A stretch of 64,000 bases of DNA, taken from the NCBI GenBank assembly GCA_951406725.2, contig OX597814.1:85808001-85872000 (forward strand), read 5' to 3'. Shown one piece after another: positions 1 to 13,072 of the stretch (position 1 is the stretch's first letter; every line of letters starts with the position of its first letter). This DNA comes from Octopus vulgaris (taxonomy: Eukaryota). The position numbers and the translations under genes are program-made. Below the pieces are notes generated by a model, which ran no database searches, was not told the origin of the DNA, and worked only from the letters and a program-made list of their open reading frames with translations.

Positions 1-996
1 TTCGGTCCACATAACCATGCCAGATTTGTACAACATCTTGAGGAGATGGTGTTCCCCGACGAGACACGACTGAGAGTCGTGGTGGAGGGGATACCTCCAG
101 GTGTTATAAATGTAAGAGCAGAGGGCACATGAAGGATGTGTGTCCTCAAAGAGAAATACAAGAGAAGACGATAACACTGGAGGAAGGAATGGAGGCTTTG
201 ACAGAGGAGTTAGAAAAGGAGAATGTGGAATTGCAAGCGGAAGAGGAAATCGTGACAACAGATAATGAGGAAAGTGGCGACGAGTTAGTGAAGGAGAAAG
301 AAAAGGAAAGAACAGAAGAAAAAGATAACAGAAAGCGAACACGGATGGAATCACCACCCAAAGACCAAAAGAAGAAAAAAGCTAAAAAGAAGTCTGCCGA
401 CGAGACTGAGGAGAGAACACACGAAGGGAGAGATATAGCAACTAAAGTGAGTGAAGGTTCAACATGGGATGAAACGAAAGAATGGTCAACAAAAGTGGAA
501 GAATGTCTGAAAACATGCAAGGAAGGAGGAAGACCAAAAGGAAGAAATCTCAAAGCTGTAATGTTGTACAAAAAGGATAAAGAAATTGAGAAAAAATTAG
601 CGATAATGAAAAATCTAACGAGAGTGAAATTGAACTCGAGGATATACGATAACCAAATAAAGGCTGCAATTGTGGATAAAGAGACGGTAAATGAATTAAT
701 AAATTTGTTTACAAATACAGCTGTGTGCATTGCGCACTACGTTCGATATGACAGTTTGCCCGGCGTTATAGAACAGGATGGATTACTCGTTTACATTACT
801 GACGAACACCCCAGATAGTACAACTGTAATTGTAAGTGAAACTGCGAGCTTTGGGGGGCTCGTAAGCCATTTCATTTAATTCATTATTTATATTTCATTT
901 CATATCATCCTTTCTGTATTTTTGTTATATGGACCCCATGTCCTGTATTGTATTGTTATGTCCCCTCTTCATTCGGGCCATTGTGCCTATAATAAA
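1..996 (+). mobile_element. 3' part of a non-autonomous ORF1-only (Gag-like, CCHC knuckle) non-LTR retroelement related to Tx1/L1; 5' end lies outside the window
   Basis: Frame 1 reads ...FPDETRLRVVVEGIPP, then after a frameshift near 100 CYKCKSRGHMKDVCP (CCHC knuckle, 102-143), continuing into ORF 129-818 (E/K-rich). A T-rich 3' UTR and AATAAA (991-996) follow, with no ORF2. The knuckle region aligns by eye with the LINE ORF1 at 58640-58737. Confidence 0.7.
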
Positions 997-1024
997 GATA
1001 CCCAACTAGCAGGCCATGCTACTC

Positions 1025-1063
1025 CAGACTGATGACGAGCAAAGACTCAGAAACTAGTCTCCG
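1025..1063 (+). ncRNA. degenerate minimal type-I hammerhead ribozyme motif
   Basis: CAGA-CTGATGA-c-GAG-caaaga-CTC-a-GAAA-CTAG-TC-TCCG: intact core boxes and palindromic stem III (ACTAGT), but mismatches in stem I and at the base of stem II. Confidence 0.45.
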
Positions 1064-1371
1064 AATGCAGGTTTAGCTGGGTGGAGGTGCTTATCTCCCG
1101 CTTGTAAACATAAGGACACAGGAAATGTGTCAAGGCCCACAGGAAGCGTTGCTGCTTCATAGGGCTAAATAGTGGAAGTGAGTTAGAACATTAAAACTTA
1201 GTGTGCATGGACAGTAGAGATCAAGGTCAGTCTTTGCCAAGCGGCTTCACTCTGTGTGCTTTAGCTTCATTACCATGACAACAGTCTGAATGCTTATTGA
1301 TCAGACCCCGTAAATGTATGCATGTATGTATACACACACGCTCACACACACACACACACACACACATATAA

Positions 1372-1443
<72 letters not shown>

Positions 1444-2151
1444 GTGTTCGTGCGTGCTGGCCAGTAACCAGTACGAAGCAGTCGCGACAGTTTTCTTCGT
1501 ATAAAGTTTAGTACTAAATTTATGATTGTTAGCTAATGATATATGAGCACGATACGGAAACTGATTTATACTTACGTTATATATGTAGAAAGTACTAAGC
1601 ACACTTGATTTTTATTAAAATAAATTCATGCTTGTATTTCGCCAAAATATTTTAGTCCAATAAATAATATAAAGTATTTACTGTAGTCTAAATATCATAA
1701 GTAAAAAATAATTATATTAAATGTTCGGCTGGAAATTAGTAAGATTACTTTTTACGCGTAATATTTTTGCCAAGTTGCTCCATATAATGATATTATTTGT
1801 TTTTATTACGGGCATAATTGAATTTATATATTAAATAACACTTCGGTCTAATTTTTTAAAGCCACAAATCTCTAGATTCTAACCGTCGTAAACCACAGTT
1901 AATAATAATGAGAAAATATTTCAAAAGGAAAATAAAAATTATCTTTGTATGGCTTACACAGTTTTTTCGTTTGAGAGCCGATTTGAACAGAGTTGGAGTG
2001 AAACTGCTGTTTAGACAATATAGATATGATATCTCAACGCTATAGTTAATAACAGCTTGCTAACCTCAGTTTTAGGTGCAGTGTTATGCCTTATAAGGTG
2101 ATGATTTTTTTCATTTTTATAAATGTAGGCTTAACTTTATTTATTTTTTGT

Positions 2152-2555
2152 GACGGTGTGGTAAGAATATTGCTTCCCAACCACATAGCTGTGGGTTCAG
2201 TCTCATTGCGTTGACTTTGGGCAAGTGTCTTCTACTATTGCCTCTGGCTGACAAAAGCCTTATAAGCGGATTTGGCAGACAGAAAATGAAAGAAGCTCGT
2301 CGTGTGTGTGTTGTGTATGTATACATGTGTGTGTGTCTTTGTGTCAGAGTTTGTCCCCAACCCCCGCCTGACAACCGGTGCTGGTGTGTTTACTTTTCCG
2401 TAAACTAGCTGTTCGGCAAGATAGACCGATAGCATAAGTACCAGGCTTTAAAAAAATGAGTACCGGAATCGATATATTTGTGTAAAAAATTATCCAAGGC
2501 GGTGCTCCAGTATGGTCGCAGTCTAATGACTAAAACAAGTAAAAGATAAAAGATA
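2152..2555 (+). mobile_element. tRNA-derived SINE, family A
   Basis: Box-A/B-like head (GTGTGGTAAG...GGTTCAGTC), CORE-like TTGGGCAAGT, internal (TG/TA)n and tail ATGACT(G)AAACAAGTAAAAGA; many near-identical copies in the window. Confidence 0.8.
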
Positions 2556-3339
2556 ACTTCTACACTGCGAACTTTCTGATTTGTCCCAAATACTTGAAGG
2601 CTTTTTAGTCCTTCCAGTTTCTCTCCATCTATCTTTATATTTACTTTCTTTTTCTTCTATCTTATTAATGATCATCGTCGTCGTCTTTTACATTCATATT
2701 TAGGCCTCTCTTGTCACTATGATCTTTTACATCAGCAATTTCTTTGGTAATTTCCCATTGCCCTCATCCATTGATGCTGTATGATCGATATATCTTATAT
2801 GGATACCTTGTTAGAACACTGAATTCCAGCATTTTTTGCCTTGAGAGATCGCCCCAAATATGCGCTTGATGCATAAAGGCACATACATAGATCGTAGAAG
2901 GCGAAATTCATCTGTCATGAGCGCTAATAATTAATTTTTAATAAGCCTGCTGACTATTTGCAACATCAGCGTGTGAAAATATGTTGATATTCTATATACC
3001 GTAGCAGCGAGATTTGACTGGCATGCAGTGACCGGTACTTCCCACTGATAAAGTCCAATAGACCGATATCACGTGGCTTGGGAATTCCGGTGCACGTCAC
3101 CACACTACTTCCATCGCTAATAATTATCATATATTATTTATATTTATGCCTTTGACTATGAGTCATTTGATATCATTTGACTCTCTGTTTAATATCCCAG
3201 TTTAGATATTAAATAGATATGTCGATAACATACATCCTTGTCTTACACCTCTTTTGATCTCTGCTGGTACTGAGAAATCTTGGTTTATTTTGATGGCTGC
3301 CATTTAGTTCCAATGTAACAAATAAATGATTTTGATGTC

Positions 3340-3800
3340 CTTACTTTCTGAACCGGCTTTTTCTAAAGAGGTGATGAGCTCTCTGTGGTGTACAAGCCTC
3401 GCTAGTTGGAAACATGGACAATGTACAGAACAATGGAAAACAAAATAGATACCCTTGAGGTGTGGTTCTTTCGTGAATTGCACAAAATAAGCTAGAAAAA
3501 CAAGATAAAAAACGCTGCAATATTAAAAATCTAGAAGTCCAAATACACCTGCTGTCGAGAATCAAGTCCATAAATCTCTTATACTTTGAACATACAACGT
3601 GCCACGACTCATTGCCTAAGAACAAGAAGTGTGGAAGGGAAGACTGCAAGAGGCCGTCAAATACGTTTGTGAATTGATGACATCAAAGATTGGACCGGAA
3701 ACAAAACCTTGGTTGATTGTGTGCATGCAGCACAGCACAGAAGGAACTGGAGAATTTTGGCAAGCCGACCCGTGAACACAAGGAAGGCACCTGACTGAGA
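3340..3800 (+). mobile_element. decayed 3' end of an RTE-clade LINE
   Basis: Broken frames give ETWTMYRTMENKIDTLEVWFFR..KIS, YFEH and DDIKDWTG...DCVHAAQHRRNWR, matching the RTE ORF C-terminus; ends in short CTGA repeats. Confidence 0.65.
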
Positions 3801-3994
3801 GCTGATGATAGTAAATAATAAGCAGCTAAAAGTCATAATACCAAAGTAGATGTTTGCAATGAATTACCATTTCTTAAAACTAGCTATATAACTTTTCCAA
3901 CATACGAATGGAAACTACTGAATAACATCGTGAGGTGGGAGAAAGGCATCCGCTAATAAAGTATTCACTAAATCATTTTCTTATAGCTAATATG

Positions 3995-4290
3995 TTCTTT
4001 TATTCGTTTATTTGTTTCAGTCATTTGGCTACAGCCATGCTGGAGCACAGCCTTGAATGATTTTAGTCAAACAAATCAACTTATCTTTTAAGCCTAGTAC
4101 TTATTCTATCGGTCTATTTTGTCGAACCGCTAAGTTACGGGAGGTAAATACAACGACAACGGTTGTCAAGCAGTGATGGGGAGACAAATACAGACACACA
4201 GATATACACACATAGACATATACATATATGTATGTATATACGACGGGCTTCTTTCAGTTTCCGTCTACCAAATCCACCCACAAAGCTTTT
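3995..4290 (-). mobile_element. SINE family A, 3' two-thirds
   Basis: Reverse complement of the family A body and tail. Confidence 0.75.
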
Positions 4291-4934
4291 CTAGTTAAAT
4301 TTTAACTGTTTATTCATTTAAATGTATACAAATTACGTTAACTATTGTATTTTATTCTTTTTGTGTGTGTGTGCGTGCGGATGCCCTTCACGGGTTATTG
4401 TATAAACAATTCTATTTCCCTGCATCAACCAATATACAATAGTGATTCTCATATCAATATTCCGTTAAGTATAATAAAGTCGATGCTTATTAATGAGACC
4501 GAAACTTATTCTGAGTGTAATTAAAATAGTATCAGACATTAACTAATTTCTTTCTTTTACGACGCTTCATAACTATTTCAAGTTAGCTTTTTAGTGTTCT
4601 TGTATTAAAAGTGTTAGCACCAAATTAGCTAAGTATTTTAAATATTAATCTGTTATTGAACTATACTATTCAATCTCCACAAAATTTCTCACAGATTATC
4701 AGTTAATTTAACAGTCACTTAGCGCTAGAGGCATAGGTTATTTGAACTAATGAGCAACTTAGGAAGGTGTCACGCCTCGAATAGAAGTTGGCGACGATAG
4801 TCAATCCCAAAAGTATGAACAAATTAACAACTGAAATTTTAATGGCATTCCTGAGAAACTTAGTGTTCTTTTAAAGTTCAGGTCAGTGCTTATCTTATTT
4901 AATAGAATTGATATCTTTTATATTATTATATTCT

Positions 4935-5331
4935 TTTCTACTCTAGGCACAAGGCCCGAAATTTGGGGGGATAATTCCAGTCGATTAGATCCGACTCCAG
5001 TATGCAACTGGTACTTAATTTATCGACCTAGTAAGGATGAAAGGCAAAGTCGACTTCGGCGGAATTTGAACTCAGAACGTAAAGACAGACGAAATACCTA
5101 TTTCTTTACTACCCAGAAGGGGCTAAATACAGAGGGGACAAACAAGGACAGACAAAGGGATTAAGTCGATTACATCGACCCCAGTGCGTAACTGGTACTT
5201 AATTTATCGACCCCGAAAGGATGAAAGGCAAAGTCGACCAAGGCGGAATTTGAACTCAGAACGTAACGGCAGACGAAATACAGCTAAGCATTTCGCCCGG
5301 CGTGCTAACGTTTCTGTGAACACACCGCCTT
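4935..5331 (-). mobile_element. tRNA-derived SINE family B (Nin/Deu-like domain), dimeric variant
   Basis: Minus strand reads head ...GAGTTCAAATTCCGCC then TTTGCCTTTCATCCTTTCGGGGTCGATAAATTAAGTACCAG; this block occurs twice. Confidence 0.75.
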
Positions 5332-5399
5332 CGTTTATATTATATTAACCAGGTAATTATCATTATTTATTAGTGGGGTGTGGGAGGAGGGTACCAATG

Positions 5400-6300
5400 A
5401 AGAGAGGAGGTAGGTAGGAGTGAAGAGAGAAGTTAGGTGTCAGATGAAGAGAGGAGAGGCGTTGAGCCCATATAGTGCAAAGAGAGAAGATTAATTCCTG
5501 TTCACAGCGAAGGCGGGAGTCCGGGTGGCCCTTGTGCAAAAGTAGTCTGAACACAGACAGATGTTGTAGTGAATGACCGGTAGAGCGGAAATGGCGCGAG
5601 GCCGGGATGTTATTGCGGAGTCTGATGTCTCAGAGGAGCTTCGCGAACCGGTCAGCCAAGCGGCGTTCCATTTTACTGTTGTACAGGGAAGAGCAGAAAG
5701 GGCAGGAGCTGCAGTAAATGACGTTACTGGAAGTGCAGGTAAAGGAGTCGGTGATGTGATGGGGACGATGATGGGTGCCTGTGAGGACGGTGGTGTTGGA
5801 GAGGTAGAGACAGGTGCGACAGCGTGGACGGATGCAAGGGAGGCGGGGTTAGCTAAGAAAATGTGGACCAGGAGGTCACGCAGGTTATGGGCTCGTTGGA
5901 AAGGGGTAAGTTGAGGAAGGCTCGGAGAATGATGCGTTGGAAGGGCAGTATGGAGAGGTGGTAGGTGATGGGAAACGGAAGACGGGCAAGGGCAGTGTGG
6001 ATAGTGGTGAGGGAATATCCACGTAAGATGAAGTGGTGAGCCATGAGTTGAGACTGAGTCTCAAAGTCATGGTTTTCACTGCAGAGCCTGCTCAGACGGA
6101 GGAATTGGGAGTAAGAGATGGAGAGCTTGGTGTGGGTAGAATGGGAGGAGAAGAAGTTAAGGTAGCAGTGTGAGTCAGTATGTTTGGAGTAGATGGAGGT
6201 AGTGAGAGCGGAATGCTATATACTGGCAGAAATGTCGAGAAATTAGACGGAAGAGTTAGAAATAGTGCAGAAGAATTCGAGGGCAGGATGAAAAGAAAGG
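5400..6300 (-). mobile_element. Penelope-like retroelement remnant (RT thumb plus GIY-YIG endonuclease), pseudogenised
   Basis: Minus-strand frames: SIPYSQFLRL..LCSENHDFETQSQLMAHHFILRGY, DSFTCTSSNVIYCSSCPFCSSLYNSK.ERRLADRF and EQELIFSL; contains stops and frameshifts. Confidence 0.8.
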
Positions 6301-6324
6301 ACAAATATACACACATATGTGTGA

Positions 6325-6368
<44 letters not shown>

Positions 6369-6448
6369 AATTCCCCGCCCCCCAAAAAACGAAGAACAAA
6401 CTCAAGAAAAAAAGTAACGACGCGAAGACGTGGTGTGTGGATGTGTGT

Positions 6449-6482
<34 letters not shown>

Positions 6483-6519
6483 AATATATGTATGTATATA
6501 TATATACATATATACATGT

Positions 6520-6571
<52 letters not shown>

Positions 6572-6610
6572 TTGAAAATGGATTAAATAATAATATAAAT
6601 AATATATATG

Positions 6611-6659
<49 letters not shown>

Positions 6660-6665
6660 TTATAT

Positions 6666-6735
<70 letters not shown>

Positions 6736-6747
6736 GCATTACTTATA

Positions 6748-6845
6748 TTTAGCCCAAAATGTTTAAAAACATAAATGCCATGATCTAAACCGATATCAGT
6801 TGTTTCCTTCTTACCTTCACTCTGCTGTGCTGGTATGTATGTATG

Positions 6846-6894
<49 letters not shown>

Positions 6895-7056
6895 ATATAT
6901 ACATACATACAGGTATACATACATACATACATACATACATACATACATACATACATACATACATACATACATGCACAGCAGAGTGAAGGTAAGAACAAGA
7001 AAAAAGCTGGTATCGGTTTAGATCATGGCATTTATGTTTTTAAATATATTTGGCTA
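6748..7056. repeat. about 85-bp inverted repeat around a self-complementary microsatellite spacer
   Basis: 6750-6830 (…CATAAATGCCATGATCTAAACCGATA…TTACCTTCACTCTGCTGTGC) is the reverse complement of 6973-7056; the spacer is (TATG)n(TA)n(CATA)n. Confidence 0.85.
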
Positions 7057-7070
7057 GTATGCTGTCAGCG

Positions 7071-7129
7071 GACGCCTGCCACTGAAGAAATTCAGTTGAC
7101 TGAAATCGTGATCTGGCAGTTCCAGCGTC
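7071..7129 (+). ncRNA. type-I hammerhead ribozyme motif (best-preserved copy)
   Basis: Stem I CTGCCA(7076-81)/TGGCAG(7114-19), extended by GACGC/GCGTC; core CTGAAGA (7082-88); stem II ATTC/GACT with one mismatch; GAAA (7102-05); near-palindromic stem III ATCGTGAT; AUC cleavage triplet ending at 7113. Confidence 0.7.
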
Positions 7130-7739
7130 AATAACAAGCGATTCTAGCCTTCTATGATATATGTCTGCTTTTTGTGCACCATGCTTCTATATGAGAGAAC
7201 CTTTCAAATCTAATACCGCAGTATTCGGTGTTCTAACAAGATATTCAAATTAAGTTGGACATATAAATTGCCTTTTGATTTTAGCACTGCTTCCGCTGCA
7301 AATAATGTCAAGAAGATTTATAATTTTATGCATTTAATGATATATCGATGAATAGTAAAAGTGAAATAATCTTAGCAAAGAGTTGTAGATGTTACACGTT
7401 TATGTTTAACTAGAAGTATTGCTCGACTTTGCTAAATGGTCACATTTAATTCAAAGCGTTAAAAATGTTATGAAAACAATTGGTATGTGTTCACAAAGTC
7501 CAAACAATTAATACGAAAAAACCCTCCAGGCTACATCCCGAAAATTCATTTCTCTGCCGAATTTCTACAATGTTTACGGCGATTCGTTTTTATATCTTGA
7601 TTTTATATTTTTCATGCAATTTACGCATGATTGCACGCGTGGTGAACACAGTTCACGTCAAACAGTTGACTGAGTAAAGTTCACTATTCAATGCATGGAT
7701 TAAGGCCTAAACAAACACATTATCGATTTTTGCATTTAC

Positions 7740-7920
7740 GAGATGAATTTCGGAACAGAAATAGCGCTGTTCAATTTTCATTCGCCTAAACCTTAAGTGA
7801 CACATTTTTGGTGGTTCTACGATTTGTTGGCTAGGAAGAGATGTACCGGGAAGTTAAACACACAGACACACACACAGATACACACACAGGCACACAAGTT
7901 GAGTTTTATATATATATAGA
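7740..7920 (-). mobile_element. 5' end of a non-autonomous Helitron
   Basis: Minus strand begins A|TCTATATATATAAAA followed by a (TG/TCTG)n tract, like the 5' ends of the Helitrons at 19767 and 50059; left boundary uncertain. Confidence 0.5.
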
Positions 7921-7963
7921 TATGTCCCAGATCAAAGGTTGTAGCTCTGGTGGGACATCGCCA

Positions 7964-8066
7964 TTCTTCTTCTTCTTCTTCTTCTTCTTCTTCTTCTTCT
8001 TCTTCTTCTTCTTCTTCTTCTTCTTCTTCTTCTTCTTCTTCTTCTTCTTCTTCTTCTTCTTCTTCT
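7964..8066. repeat. (TTC)n microsatellite
   Basis: Directly visible; explains the poly-F and poly-S ORFs. Confidence 0.95.
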
Positions 8067-8170
8067 GTTATTGTTTTGTTGCTATACTTAAATGCTCATC
8101 GGTATTATGAGAGTAGACATAAACATACATCAGCAGAAGTGAAAGGATATATATATATATATATATATAT

Positions 8171-8260
<90 letters not shown>

Positions 8261-8926
8261 TAATAGGTGAGTCTACATATATATCAATAGATATGCCGAT
8301 ATTAATAGACATACAAATATATAGGTAGCTGAACTGAAAGGAATTGAAAGTAATCTCAATTGGTGAATAAGGAGTGCGCTTTAGAGATGGTTGAACAACG
8401 GAAAGTGCAGTCTTTTTTTTTTTTCATATATATATGAATAAGTTATATCTTTTTAATTCATCTTTTATCTATTTTTATTTAAATTACATCGTAACTGTCA
8501 TATATATTAAAAGAAGGTAAATAAGCAATAGCGTCTAAGTTCATTTCAATTATATACGAATGGTCAGTTTTGATTAAGTAGCAGGATTTCAAAAGAATTT
8601 TTGAAATATCTTACTTGTGTTCAATATATTAGCATAATGTTTTTAAAGATGCTGGTTTATAATGAAGAATTTCCTCAGTTCCCGCTAGTTGTATATTAAT
8701 CTATTTCTTCATTTGATGTATAATCATCAGTACTTCTTGTTTTCTTTTTATCCCATTTATAGTAACTTATTAATATTGTTTTTCTCATCCGTTGCGGTAA
8801 CAGAATCATGAAAATCTACATAAAATCAAATATATATATATATATATACTGCTTTTGTGCATTACCGCGACACAAAATGATATACAACATAAAATGGAAG
8901 TGAGATAAATAAAGTATAAACAACAA

Positions 8927-8980
<54 letters not shown>

Positions 8981-9006
8981 CTGCTGTGTGTGTGTATGTG
9001 TGTGTA

Positions 9007-9064
<58 letters not shown>

Positions 9065-9068
<4 letters not shown>

Positions 9069-9285
9069 TATGTGTGTCTCTGTTTCTCCCCTGCCATCAC
9101 TTGACAACTGATGTTGATGTGTTTATGTCCCAGTAACTTAGCGGCCTAGCGGTTCGGCAAAAGAGACGATAGAATAAGTACTAGACTTACAAAGAGTAAG
9201 TCCTGGGTGCGATTTCTTCGACCAAAACCCTTCAAGGCGGTGCTCTAGCGTGGCCGCAGTCAAATGGCTGAAACAAGTAAAAGAA
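9065..9285 (+). mobile_element. SINE family A, 3' half
   Basis: CTTGACAACTGATG...GCGGTTCGGCAAAAGAGAC...TGAAACAAGTAAAAGA after a (TG)n tract. Confidence 0.75.
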
Positions 9286-9297
9286 TATATATATGTG

Positions 9298-9365
<68 letters not shown>

Positions 9366-10390
9366 TTCTTCTGATATATATATATTGCATTTTTGCCAAC
9401 ACTCTATCACTTTATCTGTTGACAAGCGTAAACACCTATTTATATATATTTGTTGGCACAGGAAAAGGAGCCAGCCGGTATTGTTTCAGTCGTATGTTGT
9501 GATTTCATCTGGGACTACGTAGTCCTTTGAACTTTAAACCTGATTTTAAATCTACTATTACTCGTAGTCCTAGCCTGTTAGAAAGACTAAGTTGCATATA
9601 TAATGCATTCTTGATAGTTACTTTGATTAACAAATTATTGTGCGTTAACGATGTTTTGTTTCAATATTGTTTACATCTGTGTTTCATACAATGTTAGCTA
9701 AAAGTCTATAGACATATCCTGCAGTACGGTATAACATGCAAACAAAACACAGTTTAACCCATCATTAAATATATGTGTGCATGCTTGTGTGTCTATATGG
9801 ATGCATGCATATATGAATATATGTGTCGTTTCATGTTTATAAGTGTACGTACACAAATGGTGTATGCGGAAGCAGACGAGTGTCGGATACGAAAAAAAAA
9901 ATGAAACAGAATAACAACTACGAAACAAACAAGATAATACAAACGACAACAGCAAAGAATCATTCGGAGTGGGTGTGGACTATATGGCCTGAGTGTAGGT
10001 AGGAGTTCTCTCTGACGTTTGTTTTAGCTGTCGTCTGTTTTAGTGAATTGTCAGCCATGAAAAACGTTTGCACCTCCCTCGCATTATGTTTTTCTTTTTC
10101 AATCTAGGCTTTCAGTTACTCCCTCGTCCATTAGATTAGCCGGCAGGGATGAACATTCGGTCAAAGAACTCTTGTAACATGAGACGAGACGTCTATTTAT
10201 TTATTTATTTATTTATTTATTTATTTTGTCTTAGTTCTCTTTGAATATTGTTTCCCTTTTCTTTGGAGAAGTTTTGTTTTTTAATTATTACTTTGCTGCG
10301 TAGATCAACCTTCTGTTCGTTAAGACGTCACTAACGTCTCTCTTTACTTCCTTCCATCTTTCCTTCTTTCTTCTTTCTTTCTTTCTTCCT

Positions 10391-10421
<31 letters not shown>

Positions 10422-10487
10422 CTCCCTCTCTCTTTCTCTCTCCCTCTCTCAATCTCTCTTGTTGCTTTGATTTCTCTCCCTTACTCT

Positions 10488-10589
<102 letters not shown>

Positions 10590-10614
10590 GTCTGTCTATC
10601 TATCTTTCTTTCTG

Positions 10615-10714
<100 letters not shown>

Positions 10715-10881
10715 TTATCTATCTTTCTTTCTTTCTTTCTTACTTTCTTTCTGTTTGTCTGTCTCTTTATCTGTTTGTGTATCTATCTATGTATCTAACG
10801 ATCTATTTATCTATCTGTCTGCGTGTCAATCTGTCTCGCTGTTTATCAATCCATGTTTGTTTATCTAAGTCTATCTAAGTA

Positions 10882-10934
<53 letters not shown>

Positions 10935-11008
10935 GCTAGCTAGCTAGCTATATCTATATCTATATCTATATCTATATCTATACCTATATATATATATATA
11001 TATATATA

Positions 11009-11077
<69 letters not shown>

Positions 11078-12375
11078 TGAAACCAACAGATCAAAGACCA
11101 TTTACCGCCGCCGTTCTTGGTATTGTTGTTATTGTTTAATTATTGTGTAGTGGTTATTTTTGTTGTTGGGGTGGGAGGCGGTGGCAGTAGTGGTGCAAAT
11201 AACGGGAGAAGGGGAGGTGATATTAGTTGTTTTTAATTTTATTTTGTCTATAGTGTTGATATGCCTGTTGTAACTACTTGTGACGAACTTCAGTGATGAT
11301 GATAGCTTAAGCCTAGATCAACTCTGACCAAGAAGAGAAACATTCCATTCCGCGACCTTTCCGTCTTTCCGCTATGTGCAAGGAATCCAAGACCACATTA
11401 TCAAACGTGTTTTTCCTTGACTAGAGCGGTGGAGAGTGACATGAGGAAGATCTGGCAGTTATTTCTAGTAATTTGAGCGGCAACTTAGAGGCTACAGTTG
11501 ATGATGGTGATACTGATGAGGAAGAGGAGGTGGTTAAGGAGAAGGATGAGGAAGAGGAAGAGGAGGAGAACGAGAAGAGGATATAAAAAAGGGGAGGAGA
11601 GGACGAGAGGAAGAAGACAATGACAACAGTGGTGGTAGTGGCGGTTGTAGTGGTGGTGGTGGTGTGGCTGTGGTAACGGCAGCGGCGGCGGCAACGACGA
11701 GGATGCTGACGATGGGCAGCGACGATGACAACGACACCAAAGACGAAGACAACGATAAGGATGAAAATGGGCGTGAAAATATTAAATGTATAGAGTGGGA
11801 GTGGTGATGACTATATAATGTGTACATACGTAGTTTACTACTCACACGTGCACACGTGTACATAACACACACACACACACGTGTACACACCATACATTAC
11901 ACGTGTCTACCATGTCATATACGCGTGTACAATAATATATATATACATTTGATACACAGTTTAGATGTGCATGCGGGCAATATCACACACGTGTCGACAA
12001 TTCCATAACACGTGTAATGAATACCATTAAATACGTAGGCAATAACCTCGCAAGCGTATGAAATATACTTAATGGTGTATATCGTATAATTACTGCATAC
12101 ACACAACACGTGCGTGCATGTTTGTGCGCGTGCCTATACATGTGTGTTTTGATAAATGTGTGGCGTACGCGTGTATTATTTACTGGTGAAGAAAACTCCT
12201 TAAATATGACAAAACAATTGCTTAGGTTTGATAAACTCTTCAGATTTGATAATTTAGATGAAACAAGATTTATACAAGTCAATTGATATTTATTATATTT
12301 CTAACTCCAGCTCAATGCTACAAAGTGGGCGTAGCCTATTAATTAGTTGAATCGGTTATTATGTCAATGGTCAGT

Positions 12376-12720
12376 GAAGGCACATGTCCCAATGGTTAGA
12401 GCGTCGGGCTCACAATCATGATGTAGTGAGTTCGATTCCCAGACCAGGTTGTTTATTATGTTCTTGAGCAAGATACTATTTCACGTTGCTCCAGTTCACT
12501 TAGCAGTAGAAATGAGTTGCGACGTCACTGGTGCCAAGCTGTATCGGTGTTTCTCTTTCCTTTGAATAACATCGGTGGCATGGAGAGGGCAAGCTGGTAT
12601 GCATGGGCGAGTGCTGGTCTTCCATAAACAACTTTGCCCGTACTTGTGCCTCGGAGGGTAACTTTCTCGGTGCAAATCCTATGGTCATTCATGACCGAAG
12701 GAGGTCTTTACCCTTACCCT
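12376..12720 (+). mobile_element. tRNA-derived SINE family C
   Basis: Box A (TGGTTAGAGC) and box B (GTTCGATTCCC), TTCTTGAGCAAGA block and TTTACCC tail repeats; second copy at 40006-40340. Confidence 0.8.
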
Positions 12721-13072
12721 ATCAATGGTCAACATGCGGTACTCACCGGAAGTTAATTCAACAACAGACATTCATTCCGGAGTCTGTCAAACTGATAGAA
12801 AAATCTACTAAATTAAGGGTTTCCAACCGAGATCCTTATGATCCCGGGCGGGGGGGGGGGTCCTAATAATATGTTAGTGGGTGGCAAGGACGCGAAATAC
12901 TAAATTGGGGATCCTCAGTAGTATTTTAAATTTTCATGAAAACATTTTGCGTTACATGTATGTATTGCAAAAAACAACTTCGTTACTCTCTCTAACGTGT
13001 TCCATTGTTCAACATGTTTCCGACTATTGAAACATTCTGTCAGAGAACGCTGTTGCAAACCTATACAAGTCC

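Noticed and set aside
146-730. Hydrophobic 194-aa minus-strand ORF
   Set aside because: Antisense shadow of the purine-rich ORF1.
10005-10045. Minus-strand hammerhead-like CAGACGA...CAAACGTC
   Set aside because: Both core boxes are mutated and the stems do not pair; too degenerate to call.
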